This document shows positions 1-14,780 of a stretch of DNA of 64,000 bases, in pieces. Position numbers and translations under genes: made by a program. Source of the DNA: the human T2T-CHM13v2.0 reference genome, Homo sapiens. How positions within the stretch are numbered: the first letter of the stretch is position 1; each line of letters starts with the position of its first letter. Under the pieces are notes generated by a model, which saw only the letters and a program-made list of their open reading frames with translations, was not told the origin of the DNA and did no database searches. The stretch lies in the NCBI RefSeq assembly GCF_009914755.1, contig NC_060942.1, one strand, 5' to 3'.

Positions 1-474
1 TTTCTGGACACCACTGCAGTAATGAATGCGTGGGAGCGTGGTGGAAAGGTGCATAGAGGCCGTTTGTTATCAAAGATGCACAGGGAACAGGAATCTCAGA
101 GGTGAAGCTGGCGGCATCACCTCTCCTGGCTTCTCTTTCAGACAGCTGGTAGGTCCCAGCAGGGCTTGGGGCAGCTCAGGTCCTGCCTGGTACTTCAGGG
201 CTTTGGGGAAAGAGATCCAACTCTTTCTGCTAAGGGGTCTCAACAGCCTCTGGCTATTCAAACACATTAAGCTTTATCACTTATTTGCACCTTGCTGAAG
301 GTCAAACGGGCTGTGAGTTCTTTTATCACAGTCATTTCCTACTTAATATAACTGAAGGCAAGACAATGAAGACGTGGGACTTGGTGGAGGAGGGGAGACA
401 CTGCCTGGTATGTATCTACAAAGTCATAGGAAATTCTCTCATTTCATTTATTGTGGACAGCAACACAGCAGCTT

Positions 475-585
475 TACAAGGTTGGTAGCATTATTCCCAA
501 TTTTGCAAAGGAGGAAACTGAGAGATGAAGGAATTTTCCCAGGGTGAAGCTTGGAGAGGCAGAGATTGAACTCTGTACTTTGTCC
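475..585 (-). mobile_element. MIR SINE fragment
   Basis: MIR core 'attattcccaattttgcaaaggaggaaactgagag...ggcagagattgaactc'. Confidence 0.65.
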
Positions 586-2293
586 TTAGACAAGGAGCCA
601 AGAAAGGAGGGCAACGTTGGGCCTCAGGCCAAGGACCATGATCAGGGCTCTGGGGGCTTGGGGCTGGAGGTGGAGAAAGATGAGGAAAGGTGGTAGAACC
701 TGAAGACTATGCCTGGCCTTGGCTTTCAAGCAAAGACACCTTATATCTAAGTGTGGCTTCATCCCTGGGTGACAGATGGGGCTAATATATTCATCAGAAG
801 GCCCATGGACCATTCCTAACTGTCATCGCTTACAGGCTACAGAGTGAGTGCTTCACTTTGCTGAACTTCCGCTACCTTATCTACAGAACAAGGGGTCTGG
901 GCAAGAATCCCTCTCAGGTCTTCTTCAGCACCAGTGCCATGTGACTAAGAAACTCAGAAGGTAATTAACAACAGTAACATGCGAGGGAAAACAGCTTGTT
1001 ACAAGCACTAGAGAGAGAAAAAATAAAAACCAAATTCCACCCAAAGAGAATTTCAAATCAAATGTAGGTAAATCTGCCAAATAACTCTGCCTGTTAAATG
1101 CAATCTTTCTGGCCTCTACTCCCCCTGGTCGGTAAATATCCAAAATTGTGATGCTGTCCGGCTGCAGCTCTTTCCTAAGCTTTTTAAGGACATTAGCTTT
1201 GGTCCTTTGCATGACTGAGAGATGAAAGGGTTACGCCCTGGTTCTGTGGATGCCACAAACCTAGGGGTTATTTACGGTTCTGCTGTCTTTTCTGGTTGCT
1301 GGGACCTTCTGCGTCCTGGTGCCATTAGCCTGCCTTCCGCTGTCTCTCCAGGCTTGCTCAGGCTTTTCACCTTCACTGTTGATTACAAAACCTCAGCTGG
1401 ATGCTGCCGAATGTAAACCTACAGCTCAGCCTAAAATAAAAGGAAAGTCAGCTCGGGAGATGGGGTGAGCACTTGAAACACCTGGGGCTGGATTGAGGTT
1501 GGCTTTTAACCACATTTCTAGGAGTAAACCCTCCAGCCAGCGCTGGCCAGTGTCACACAGTGTGACTGTTCCAGCCATCCTGTCCCACCCTGATCAACTC
1601 TGGGTCTCCATTCCTGCATCTTGTGCTTAGGCCATTGGGGAAGAATGGGCGATAAATGCATCAATTGACAAGTCCGAAGCTCCAAAGCAATCCTTACTGT
1701 TAAAAGCCCTCTCCCAAGTCACAGCCTACTGAGGGCACGTTATCTAATAACCCCAAGGCTTTTACCAAATAGAGTTAGTCTTATGAAGTGAACATAATAC
1801 TCAATGAGAAACTGGAGATTTGTTTTTCCATTCAGTAAATATTTAAGGAGTACCTATGTGTGTCAGCCACTATTCTAACAGCATTAACACAATAGCAAAA
1901 GTCCCTGACTTCATGGAACTTACATTCTAATGAGCAGACAGTAGCAATAAACAAATAAGTATATGATATAAAGAAATATGCAGAAAATAAGATAAGGAAA
2001 AGGGATGGAGAGTAACAGAGGGATATTATTTTATTTAGAATGTCATGAAAGGCCTCTGCTATAAAGATGTCATTTGAACAGATCTGAATGAAGTGAAGGA
2101 ATAAGTTGTCCATATCTGGGGAAGAGGTTCCAGGAAACAAGGGCAAAGATCCTGAAGTTTGTGAGTTTTCTGTCTAGTAGGTGGGATAGCGGAGGTGTCA
2201 TGGAGGCCACCATGGCTGAAGTGAAGTGATCAAGGGGAAGACTAGTAGGAAATGAGGTCAGAAGGTAGGGACATGGATTAAAGTGAAGCTTAG

Positions 2294-2717
<424 letters not shown>

Positions 2718-2837
2718 CCACACTTATATTTTTTAAAGATCTCTCTAACTGCTGTATCAGTCAGAAAAATAGGATAAAGAGTGGCAAAGACAGAAGACAA
2801 TCGCGGACTGTCACTGTAGTTTAGGTCAGAGCACATC

Positions 2838-2990
2838 TAACCGTAACATACAAATGAACCACCTGGGCATTGACAGAAAATGTCATTCTGATTCATTCTG
2901 TTGGAGGTGAGACTGAGATCTCGCATTTCTAACAAGCACCCAGGCAAGCTGGGGCTGCTGGGCCACAGACCACCCTTTGCGTGGCAAGGG
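2838..2990. mobile_element. MER5A-like hAT-Charlie MITE
   Basis: 'gcatttctaacaagcacccagg...gctgctgggccacagaccaccctttg...gcaagg' resembles the MER5A consensus. Confidence 0.7.
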
Positions 2991-4043
2991 TATAAGTGGC
3001 ATAGAACAGTGGCTTGCAAGATAGAGGTGAAACGGACGAGAAATCCTCAGATTTTGAATCTACTTTGAAGGAAGAGCCAACAGGATTGTCGGTGAATTGC
3101 AGGTGAGGTATGAGGTAAATCAATGAGGTTTTGGACCAAGCACTGAAACACACAGAGGCACCATTTTATGAAGATGCGATCTCAGAAAGAACTTGTTTAG
3201 GAGTTAAAAAAGAAAGAGAGAGAAAAGAAAACAACCAAAAGTTTAATTCTGGACATTGTAAGTTAGAGATGCCTGTTAGAAATCCCAGTGATGGACTTGA
3301 GTAATCATCTGGGAATATGATTCCAGAATTCAGAGGTGAAGTCTGGGCTTGAGATATAAATTTGAGAATTGCCAGCTTGCAGTTTATTTGTAAAGCTCTG
3401 GAGCTGGACAACATTACAGAAGGCGTGAGGGTAGTTGGAAGAGAGCACTGAGACCTGGAGTACTCCAGTATTTGGAAATTGGGAAGACGGCCAGGTGCAG
3501 CAGGAGTCAGAGAAGCAGCCCCAGTTGGGAAATAGGAAAGGAGAGAGTCCTCTGGAAGTCAAATGAACAAAGCATTTCAAGAAAGAGATTGATTACTTAC
3601 AATCAATGCTGCCAGTAGATCAATATGATGAAGACTGAGAACAGAACATTGGATCTGGCAACATGGAGGCCACCATGGCCTCACTGACAGCAGTGTCCGT
3701 GGAGTGATAGTGATGAGAATCTGTCCAAGAGAGAACGGGAAGAGGAGAAGTATAGACAGAGGACACACAATTCTTTAAAGCAATTTTGCTGTAAAATGCA
3801 ACAGAAATTGGACAGTAGTGGGAGATAGATTTTTTTTTAGTGAGATGGGTGAAGTGCTGTTATTAGCATTTTATTATTCTTATGGGGATAGGGAGAAAAC
3901 CTGATGATTCATAGGCAGGAAATGTTGTCCTGTAGTAGATGAGAGGGTGTGGCCAGAGACAAGCCCGTGCTTTCATAGTATTGAGGGTAGAACACAGTTG
4001 CAGGTGGGTAATAAGTTTGCTCCAAGAAGCATGTATGAGTTCT

Positions 4044-4667
<624 letters not shown>

Positions 4668-5789
4668 TAAGAAGCATCTATAAGCTCCGTCCTAACTGTT
4701 TCTGTTGTTTCCAGCAAGAGACAAGATCATCAGCTGAGAGTGACAGAACCAATATTAAGTAGAATAACATCTCTGTCCTCGCAGGATCCCTGTTAGACAC
4801 ATGAAGCAAACCTGCAAATAGACTTCCTGTGGAATAGAAAGTGCTGTGGGCTGAGGTAGAGGTAAGTGCAGGATCGCATGGGAGGCCCACTAAAACCAGG
4901 GTAGGCACTCTGGGCAAAGCCCCCAGCAGCAATGACCCTGGAGTTGAGGCAATGAGAGTTGGCTGAGTGTGGGTGTGGTGTTCCTGGAAGAGAGACCTGC
5001 TGAGGCTGAGAGAATGCAACACTTCCAAAACTCAGTCTGTCTTCCGGAGTAATGTTTCCCACTAAAGCGAGAGAAGCCAGGGCTGCCACTCAGGGGGATG
5101 CAGTTTCCGTGCTGCAGAAGGTACCAGCAGAAGAGAAGCCGGGGCTGGAGTCCAGCACATGGACATTAGGCTGATCTGCATCCAAGAGGCAGCATACACC
5201 CACCCCAAATGGGGCACATGTTTCTAATTCATTCACCCAGAGGGGAGCCCTTTGCTTTTTCTAATTGGCATATAAAGTTGCCTGATAGGCCAGGAGAACC
5301 CAGTTACGTGTCATTAGCCCTTCAGTATACTTTGGGTTATTTCCTCTAAGAGATGCAAACAGTTGTACTGAGTACTGTATAAAAGAAAGACTTTCTTAAG
5401 CCAGTTTAACCTAGGTAGTGTAGGTCGGAAGTGAGCCTGCTCAGTCTTGGGCTCAGTGTTTAGTGTAGCTGGGAGCTGGGCTCTGAACTGGAAATTGGAA
5501 GCCTACCTGGCTCCTGTAGCACTGGAGGCCATGCCAGCTTCTCTTTGTCCCTGCCTGGTCCATGGCCCTGAGGTTGGGAAGTTGAGAGCCAGAGGTTTGC
5601 AGTATGAGGTATTTCAGGGTATTTCAGGCTCAAAGCAGCAATGCAAAATCATCAATTCTCCACTTGACCTTTGCGGTGTCCCTCAGACCTGGTAATGGAC
5701 ACAGGAAGAGGAAGCTGAGCAGCCACCAGACTGGATGACTTAAGAGGACCTGCATTGCATTATAAACTCCACAGCGTCAGGAACCAGGG

Positions 5790-5858
5790 AGTTGGCAGGT
5801 GGTAGATGCTCAATAAATGTCTGTTAAGTGAATGTGTGAGTGAATGAATGAATGAATG
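5790..5858 (+). mobile_element. L2 3' tail fragment
   Basis: gtagatgctcaataaatgtctgtt...gaatgaatgaatgaatg. Confidence 0.65.
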
Positions 5859-6677
5859 GTGGAGCAGATAGCAAATGGTCTCCAAAGAGAAGGTCAGAAC
5901 ATCCACAGGATACAGTAAGAGGGAAGAGTGTAGGGTTGGGGATGGGGGACAAAGAACTCCTACTCATGGTGGGAAGTTTAAGGTTCCAAAAATTCTGCAG
6001 GATTGTTTTATTGTTGTTATCATCACCTGCACATCTTCCCTCAGGGGAGTATTTCTTAGAAAGCAATTCTTATACTGATAACCAGCAAATAATTAAGTTG
6101 TTTAGAGCTTGAAAAATTTGTTCTCTGACTAATTAAACTTTATGTATCTAGCTGTTCACTGAACATTATTCTAACATTGCACTATGAATATTGCCACGTT
6201 ATGGACCTTAGGTTCCATTAGATTGGCATTAGTACCACTCAGGAACATTTTATGATGTGTGCTGATAAACTCCCAAGACAAATGAACCTGAGACATGTGT
6301 GAGCATCCCATAAAACAAACCCTGTTGGACTTTGATTTTGAATGTTTTGTGATCACAACTAAAATGGTAACATAACACCCTTTTGCCCAGAACATAAAAC
6401 TTGACAAACAGCCTACGGGAATGCCATCCATTTATCAGCATGTGATGCGCTGGAAAAACGTAACTATAATATATACAGTGTGGCAGTTGAACATAAGTAG
6501 GTTTTATAGCTGCAGCTGTGACACATCCTTCAGCTGAAATCCTGGGACAATTCTGAGAACTTCAAATGTCAGTTTGTCAGTGTCATTTAAGAAAGGGTCT
6601 TTGAGAATTTACATTTATTTAGAGAACTGATAGTCACCAGATAATATATGAGTAATAATTCTTTAAAAAAATAAACA

Positions 6678-6960
<283 letters not shown>

Positions 6961-7301
6961 ACAAAAGAAAATAAACAAAATGTGCTGTGCACTTTCAAAT
7001 GTCAAGCATATACTGTAAAATAAAATAATATCTATACAACATATGTACAAATGTCACATACTTTCAGAGCACATTGAGAGGACAAGCTGTTTTCCTATCC
7101 CTTCTGTTAGAGCTGGCTAATATGCATGTCATTTTAGCAACTTTCTTCTGCACTCAAGCATTTCCTGGGCCCTTGGAAGGCTGCCCAAATACCCTTACCT
7201 GTCCGCCAGCCCAGCCCAACACTCCCTCGAGGCAAAAAGACTCAATTGTTGTATTTTAACCTGTCAAATTTCCTGTCCTGGGTTATTTTTAAACAATTGA
7301 G

Positions 7302-7606
7302 GGCGGGTGCAGGTGCAGTGGCTTATGGCTGTAATCCAAGTGTTTTGAGAGGCCAAGGGAGGAGGATTGGTTGTGGCCAAAAGCTTGAGACTCTTCTGAA
7401 TTACATAGTCAGATCCTATCTCTACAAAAAAATTACAAAATAGCTGGGCATGGTGGTGCATGCTTGTAGTCCCAGCTACTAGGGAGGCTAAGCCGAGAGG
7501 ATACCTTGAACCCAGGAGTTCAAGGCTGCAGTGAGCTATTATTGTGCCACTGCATTACAGCCTAGGCAACAGAGCAAGATCCTGTCTCTAAAATAATAAT
7601 AATAAT
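7302..7606 (+). mobile_element. Alu (AluJ)
   Basis: Diverged dimer with J-type 'ttcaaggctgcagtgagctat' and an (AAT)n tail. Confidence 0.93.
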
Positions 7607-8384
7607 TTTTAAAGGATGAGATGGCTACTATCATATTGGTTACCAAGGAATTTTGAATAATTGAATAACATTGTACTTTATAAAATATAATGAGGAGTCA
7701 CCAGAAATATTTGTTATATTTCCAGCTAAGGGTTTGAAATCAAAGAAGCTTCCTTGGCATGGGCTATCACCTTGAGAGTTGCAGTGTGACTGTCAGATGG
7801 TGGACAGTGCCCTGGACATCCCTTGGCAGCATGGAGGGGTGGGGCAGAGTGGCGGGCCTGCAATCTTTGCCCATACGTCACCCACATCTATGTCTCTGAA
7901 ATCTACACAGTAGCTATACATTTCCTGAGAGCAACATTTATTTTTCGGATGTCAGAACTGTAGTTTAAAAAAATAGATTTTTGGATGTATAAATCATAAT
8001 TTGGTAGTTAGAGTTGGCCAGAATCTTGCCTTCCTATTAAAAACAAAAGTCAATTCTGAAATACAAGCCTAACATAAAAATGTACAACACTGTGTAAACA
8101 TGGTGTACTGAAATCTGGGTAAGTGGATCTCTTGGCTGCCTGCAAAGCACAGAAACTTCTCTCTGAATCATCCAGTGCCTCAGAAATGTGTGTGCTGTAG
8201 ACAAGCCAGAGTCATTTGGGGCAGCTGGCATTTTAAAACTTGAACGGGAAAAGCTGTAGCTACCACGAGCCAATCTCCCACAAAGGGGTAAGCAGAACTG
8301 AGGATGGAAAGGTATCGCCAGTGAGAATGAAGGGGGAAGAGAAGGAACACAGATTGAGTGCTTAGTGCTCAGAGGCTTTAAATA

Positions 8385-8560
8385 CCTTATCTCATTTCTC
8401 TCCGATGATAACACTACAGGCTAAGTTTTATTATTCCTAATTTACAGTTTAGAAAACTTTGGCTCTGAAAAGTTGAATGAGTTGCCCAAAGTTATTCTCG
8501 TAGCTGAACTGAGCACCTAGGTTTGAAGATTTCTCTTATTAACGACTCCAGAGTGTAGTC
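8385..8560 (-). mobile_element. MIR
   Basis: attattcctaatttacag...gaaaact...gagttgcccaaagtta core. Confidence 0.7.
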
Positions 8561-10575
8561 CATTAGGCCATCCCATGTCGACAGAGAAGAGGAATCTCTG
8601 CACATTTGGGGTTAGCGAGCACTTCCTCAGGACCAAGCTTTGTGTTAGACAGCAGAATTTAAATGAGAGATAAGGCTCAGTTCCTGAGGAGGCCAAGAGA
8701 TTGCAGCAACAGTTCTTCATCCCAGCCAGAAACCTCCGAATCAGTCCCATCCTTCTTCCTATAGCTATAACCATCGTCCAAAGACATCTGAAGTCATAGA
8801 CTTAGATGACTGTGTAGTCATAGACTTAGCTGCCATGGAGTCAGTGCTTAATTTGTGCCAAGTGTTAGGTTCTTTAGAGAACCCAAAGGAAATAAGGACA
8901 AATATATCCAAAAATTGAACCACAGGGCATTTTGGAATTTACTACAGTATAATCGGAAACATGTTTTTATTTTCTAATGAGAGAGTTTGGTAAATTTCCT
9001 CATGCCTGAATATACAGCATGTAGACAATGAACATCTTCAACTGATCTACACCGCTAGGACATAACTTCCTGCCCAGCACGGAGCTTGGGAAAGCCATAC
9101 CCCCAAAGGAGGCACCATGGAGAGCTTTTTATCTACCTACTACAGAGAAAAGAAAACAGCTTCTGGAGTTACCATGGATATGGCCCAATCTCTGTTTTGG
9201 ATAGCAGATTAGGTTGATAACAGATATACTGAGCACAATTATCAATGATTTCTGGAGTTTTCTGCTGGCTACCCTTCAAACTCTGATTTCAAGGGGAAAA
9301 ATAATTTCACCTTTTCAATTGTGTTTATTCAACCAGGCTAGGCAAAGGGATTAGGAGGCAACTTGATATTTACATTCTAACTGCTCATTGTGTTAACAGT
9401 CCCCCCATTGTGTTCTGGAGCTACTGCAACTGCTTACTTTCTAATCAATGTTTTTCCTCTAGGACTGTTTTCTCTTCCTATCTACTGAGAAATGATATTG
9501 GTTTCTCTCAAGAAGATTCTGTTACCACAAAGTCATCAAAGGCAAGCCAAAGTTGTACTTTTACGAAGCCTTTAAAAATATTTTGATGATGTTTCAAAAG
9601 ACTGAAGAGATGAGGTTGAGAAAGTGAAGTAAATATAAGATTGAAACATTAACAGAAACACTTGTGCCTGTGAGAAGGAGAGCTTTGCCAGACAGGGCCT
9701 CAACACCAGTGAATATTCCTTCTATTAGCTGAAGAAGGTCCTTATCATAAGACCTCCACCTCCTAGCCTGCTTGGTTAACTGAGATGTCATTAATCCACC
9801 CAATAAATGGTCACCAAGAGTGTCAGCAACCAACTTTCCTGTAGACAATGAGAAATGCCGGGGAGGAACAGGCTCCTTAAATATCCAGCCTTTCTGTGGG
9901 AGCCATGTCCTCTCCTTCCCAGGACCCCACCTGGCACAGACGCTACCTGGCAGTCCTCCTGAGCAGCTGCTCGGCCACCTGACAGCTGAGGGCTTAACCA
10001 GCGACCATTTGTTTCCACTACATCCCGAGGTAACAAGGATAGCAATGCCCAAGGGCTCAGTGCCAACACAGAAACAACACAGAAAGAGAACTGCCAATTT
10101 GTCAGAAACTGAAGGCCTCCCTGGAACTCTTGAACTCTGTCGGCATCTCCTGAGTGGCACTGAGCCCATTCTGCTTTGTTATTTGAATTATTTGTTGAGT
10201 TGATAAATTCTTGTCTTATCCCACCCCAGCTTGTGGGTATGGTACCCCTTGCTGAACAACTACTTATTAACTTTTTTCCTTATGCCAGTCCCTCTACTGG
10301 GCTAGTGACAGAGGAATGAGAAATAGTCCTTGTCCTGAAGATATTCCAGTTGATGAAACAGATGCTATAAGCCAGCAAACAATACAATATGATGGCAATT
10401 GGGGTGAGTATGAAGTGCTTAGAATCACGGAGGAGGACGAGAATAATTGTTCATTGAATTTCATGGAAGCTTGAGCAATGATGGGAGGTTGCTGTCCCAC
10501 TGGGTGTGTAACGATGACTTTCCTGGGATAACAGGCAGGCCAACTATGCCTTAATTTGAATGCTAGGTATATCAT

Positions 10576-11062
10576 AGATCAGTCAGAGTTCTCCAGAGAA
10601 ACAGAACCAATAAGGTATCTACTGAGAGATTTATTATAAGGTATTTGCTCACACAATTATTGAGGCTGAGAAGTCCCACGATTGGCAAGCTGGAGACCCA
10701 GAAAAGCTGGTGGGGTAGGCCTGAGGAGGTTGAAGGCCTGAGAGCCAGAGAGCCAATGGTGTAGATTCTAGTCTGGCCTAAAGGACTGAGAACCAGGAGT
10801 ACCGAGGGTAAGAGATCAGTGTCCCAGCTCGAGCAGTCAGGCAGCATGAACTCACCTGCTCCACCTTTTTGCTCTGTTCTGGCCCTCAGTGGATTAGATC
10901 ATGCCCACACACACTGGCAAAGACAATTCATTTCCTTGATCTACCCATTCAGATGCTAATTTCTTCTGGAAACAGCCCCACAGACACAACCAGAAATAAT
11001 GTTTAACCAAATATCTGGCCATCTCATGATCCACTCAACTTGACACATAAAATTAGCCATCT
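10576..11062 (-). mobile_element. MLT2-family (ERVL) solo LTR
   Basis: cagagttctccagagaaacagaaccaata...gcaagctggagacccagaaaagctggtgg...ttgacacataaaattagccatc. Confidence 0.88.
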
Positions 11063-11100
11063 TACTAGGAAAGCTCAAGTTTTTACCTTAACATTGCCAC

Positions 11101-11538
11101 TGTGTGATATTAAAATAACATACAGTGGCGAACAGGCTTGAAGAAATCCCCTCGCACATGAAGCCAGTTAGACCTGGAAAGTGACCTTAACCTTGCTTGA
11201 TTTGCAAACACAATTACAACTTAACATGGGCTATTTCTTATAACGCCCATCTCAGAGAAAAGTGAAACTGAAGCTCAACCAATTGGAAGCCACCAACTAA
11301 CCTATAATTATCTAACTTGGGGTTTCCCAATGAGATAGACCAAACAAGGCAACTATACATATGTAATCAATCAAATACTTTCTTTGGCTTACTTCTGTGT
11401 TCACCCTATAAAAACCTTCTCCCTATTCCTTCAGTGGGGCCCTAACTACTTTATGTTTGGTGCTGCCTGATTCGTGAATCAATGTTTGCTCAAATAAACT
11501 CTTAAAAATTTTATTGTGACTCACTTTATCTTTTAACA
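11101..11538 (+). mobile_element. ERV1 (MER4-group) solo LTR
   Basis: TG...CA ends; CCAAT 11279, TATAAAA 11407, AATAAA 11493; 3' end 'ttgctcaaataaactcttaaaaattttattgtgactcactttatcttttaaca' typical of this group. Exact family uncertain. Confidence 0.75.
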
Positions 11539-11754
11539 GTGACCTTGCATTACATTCAACGTCTCGCCTCTGCTCTCTTCCATAATGGAAGCACTGGACA
11601 CAGTAATCCTCTGATCCCTCCTAGCTAAAAATGTTATGCTTTCATCAAACATTTGTATTTGTCTGATATGTACAAATAATGTGGACAATTGTGCGGCTGT
11701 AGTGGGTGCCTCTGCTCTGAAAGGGTCACAGGTCTTGCTGTAAGATAGGAACTG

Positions 11755-11960
11755 CACTGAACACTTTGCTTACATGAAACACCTTTAATTCTCGAAGGAT
11801 CCTACAGGAAAGGCACTGTTACTATAATCTTCTATTTTCAAATGAAGACAGGAGACCTGAAAAGGTCAGCTCACTTGCCCAAGGTCACACAGCCACGGAG
11901 GAGCAGAGCTGAGAACAGAGCCCGTCGGCCCTGAGGCCTGTTATTGACCATTACTTTATA
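11755..11960 (-). mobile_element. MIR
   Basis: tattttcaaatgaagacaggagacctgaaaaggtcagctcacttgcccaaggtcacacagc. Confidence 0.8.
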
Positions 11961-12429
11961 TGGCTTCCCCAGGTTCACCGTAACTAACCATGGATGGGCA
12001 CTGTTAGTCCCCTGCAAAGATGTGGCCCAATAGGAAGCTTCACTCTAAAACACCCATAAGGAGAAAGTAGGAAGACTATTAGCTGATAGGGTTGCCTGGA
12101 AATATTTTATAGGAGCTGGAATAAAACCTAAAGAAAATATGGAATCAGAGATAAAAAGAGTGTTGGAGTGCATGAAGTAGAAATACCAGGAGAGAGAACT
12201 GGTGGAGCAGGCCTAGAACTGAAATATGGCTTCAGATCTCAATTTGAAAGTGCCAACTTGGTGGCTATGGGACATTAGTTTCAGGAATGGGATAGCAACC
12301 TGCACCCGGCTGTCTCAAATGTTGGAGTGACTAGAGGAGGGGAATCCATCTGGGCTGCAGCAGGGAAATGAGGCCCCCGCATTGTAAAGAGAGCATTCCA
12401 GAAAGGGCAGGCTCAGCAGAGCTAAGACG

Positions 12430-12545
12430 ACCCCATTTTCTACTGACTTTTAAAAAGCGCTTAAGAAGCTTTCCCTTTCCCAGTGATAAGTGACAAAATC
12501 AAGCCTGATGCCTGAGTCTGTGTGATTCCAAAACCCACATTCTCT
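12430..12545 (-). mobile_element. MIR fragment
   Basis: ccccattttctactga...gataagtgacaaaatcaagcc...tgattccaaaaccc. Confidence 0.45.
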
Positions 12546-13302
12546 TTCAAGCACAAGGGCAGCAGAGATTTGTCAGTTTTCGCCGATTTGACAATTTTGA
12601 TGCAGCCATGTTAGAGCATACCACAAGGAACTTGGAAGCTTATGGCATTTATTTTCAAATATTCAGCAAGCTCTTCTATTTCTGTAGACTGTATTCATTT
12701 TAAAAGTCATGTGGATGATCATGGAGTTATTTTGCTATGTGTGTACAATAAGACTTGCAATCGTGACTACTTAGGAGAGCAATACAGTCCTATGAGCTGA
12801 CAGTGAGCCTGAAGGAGACTCAAATCTTACACCAGCTTAAGAATTTTTATCAGAGACAGCAAACTAAATTCAGCTATTTTAGCAGCACAGTGTTCATTAA
12901 TGCTCACCAAAAAGTACAGAACAAATTCTTGGAGGAAAATATTGGTGTTTCATTTTGTCAGAGTCCAAACATAGCATGAAGTTTCAGCACAAAGCTTGGT
13001 GACACTGACATCCTTTGCATCGTAAATCGCAGAGACAGGTCCTGGCACATCCTTCCCAATAAGGAAGTCCTGGGTCCAGGCTGTCTTCCAACATTAATGA
13101 GGCTTGTCACCACATAGCCGCAGGAGAAAAAAGCAGATGTTGTATCTGGTGGGAATTGAGAGAAGGCATCCACCATCAGGACATGTGGAACACCAAGATC
13201 ATTGTGCTTCTCTTCTGAAATGGTCTCAATCCTTCAGGAAAGAAAAACAATCTTACTGCACCATCTGGAAACAATCTTTGGCAAGCCAAAGGGACTAAGT
13301 CT

Positions 13303-13400
13303 AAGTAGAACTTCTTAACCTTGGCTGCACCTCAGAATAACTTGAGAAGCTTTAAAAACTACCAATGCCTGAGTTTCACCCCTAGGTCCTCAGTTATCTG
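13303..13400. mobile_element. MER5-like DNA transposon fragment
   Basis: cttcttaaccttggctgcacctcagaataacttgagaagctttaaaaactaccaatgcctg. Confidence 0.65.
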
Positions 13401-13605
13401 TCAGGTGTGACTGTGAAGTTGCACTCAGAAGCTCCATGTGTAATTGAGCACTGGGGAAGTCACTGTCAAATTTTTCAGGGAAGAGCTTTGTGGAAATTCA
13501 CCAGTCTGAGACACAAATGAAAGTATTGGTGTCTGGGTGAAGTGATCTGCCTGGACCCCTTCTGTCAATGCACATTGAGATCACAATCATGGTTAATGTC
13601 TTTAA

Positions 13606-13919
<314 letters not shown>

Positions 13920-14679
13920 ACAAGCATCATTTTGAAGAGTTATTTCTTCCATTGAGCAAAGAAGAAATGAAAAGTACATGAAGGAAGAGGTCGTGTAGTT
14001 CGATGCAGTTCAAAGGAAACATTTGTTGAGCACTTGCTATGCAATAAAGCTGGGAAACAAACATTGACGACACTGCCTTGGTCTAAAGGGACTCAAGGTT
14101 TATAAAAGGTGACAGACATTGAAATTCAGAATGCCCATCTCATGCATAATGGAATCAAGGCTGACATGTGAAGATATGGGAGGCCAGAGCCCAGGCTTCC
14201 AGAAGGAGAAGTCCAAGCTAGGTCATGGAGGAGGAGCCAGCCAGGCAAAGGGTGTGGGAGGTGTGGAAAGTGTGCTCTGGGTGGCGGGAGAAAGAGCAGC
14301 AGTAGAAGAAGAGCTGGTGGATGTATTCACAAGTCTCAACACTTTCTCCAGGTCTGTCATGCACATGTTATTACTGGATTATCACTTGTGTGAAAAAATG
14401 ATGCCCAGAAAACATGGGGACCAAGTTTGATATCCAGAGGCTCCCTCTCCTCGCTTCCTCCCACCATCTCCTGTGATCCTTCAAAGACTGCACCCTTGGG
14501 GCACATCTTTCCCTTCTCCCTCCCCTGGTGGTAGAGCTCAACAGTCCATGGTCAGTTCTGGGAGTGCAATGTACCTATCACGCTTCAGGGTTGCGTGCAT
14601 CCTCACCAAGTCCATCTTGTGTTGGATTTTACAGCTTTCTCTCTACCTTTTCTACTGCCATGTAGAAGAGGCACTAACG

Positions 14680-14780
14680 TAGGCCAGATGGTTCTGGGCT
14701 GAGTTTCTCCTCCACCACTCATTACCTTGGTGATCTGGCATGCATTTCCTCACCTGTACATTTTGATGCCACAGTCTGAC
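14680..14780 (+). mobile_element. MIR fragment
   Basis: ctgagtttctcctccaccactcattaccttggtgatctgg...tttcctcacctgta. Confidence 0.5.

Noticed and set aside
924-945. REST/RE1 site (TTCAGCACC)
   Set aside because: Only the left half-site; GGACAG right half is absent
9594-10169. 191-aa minus-strand ORF
   Set aside because: No recognisable homology or splice context; overlapping ORFs in other frames suggest chance
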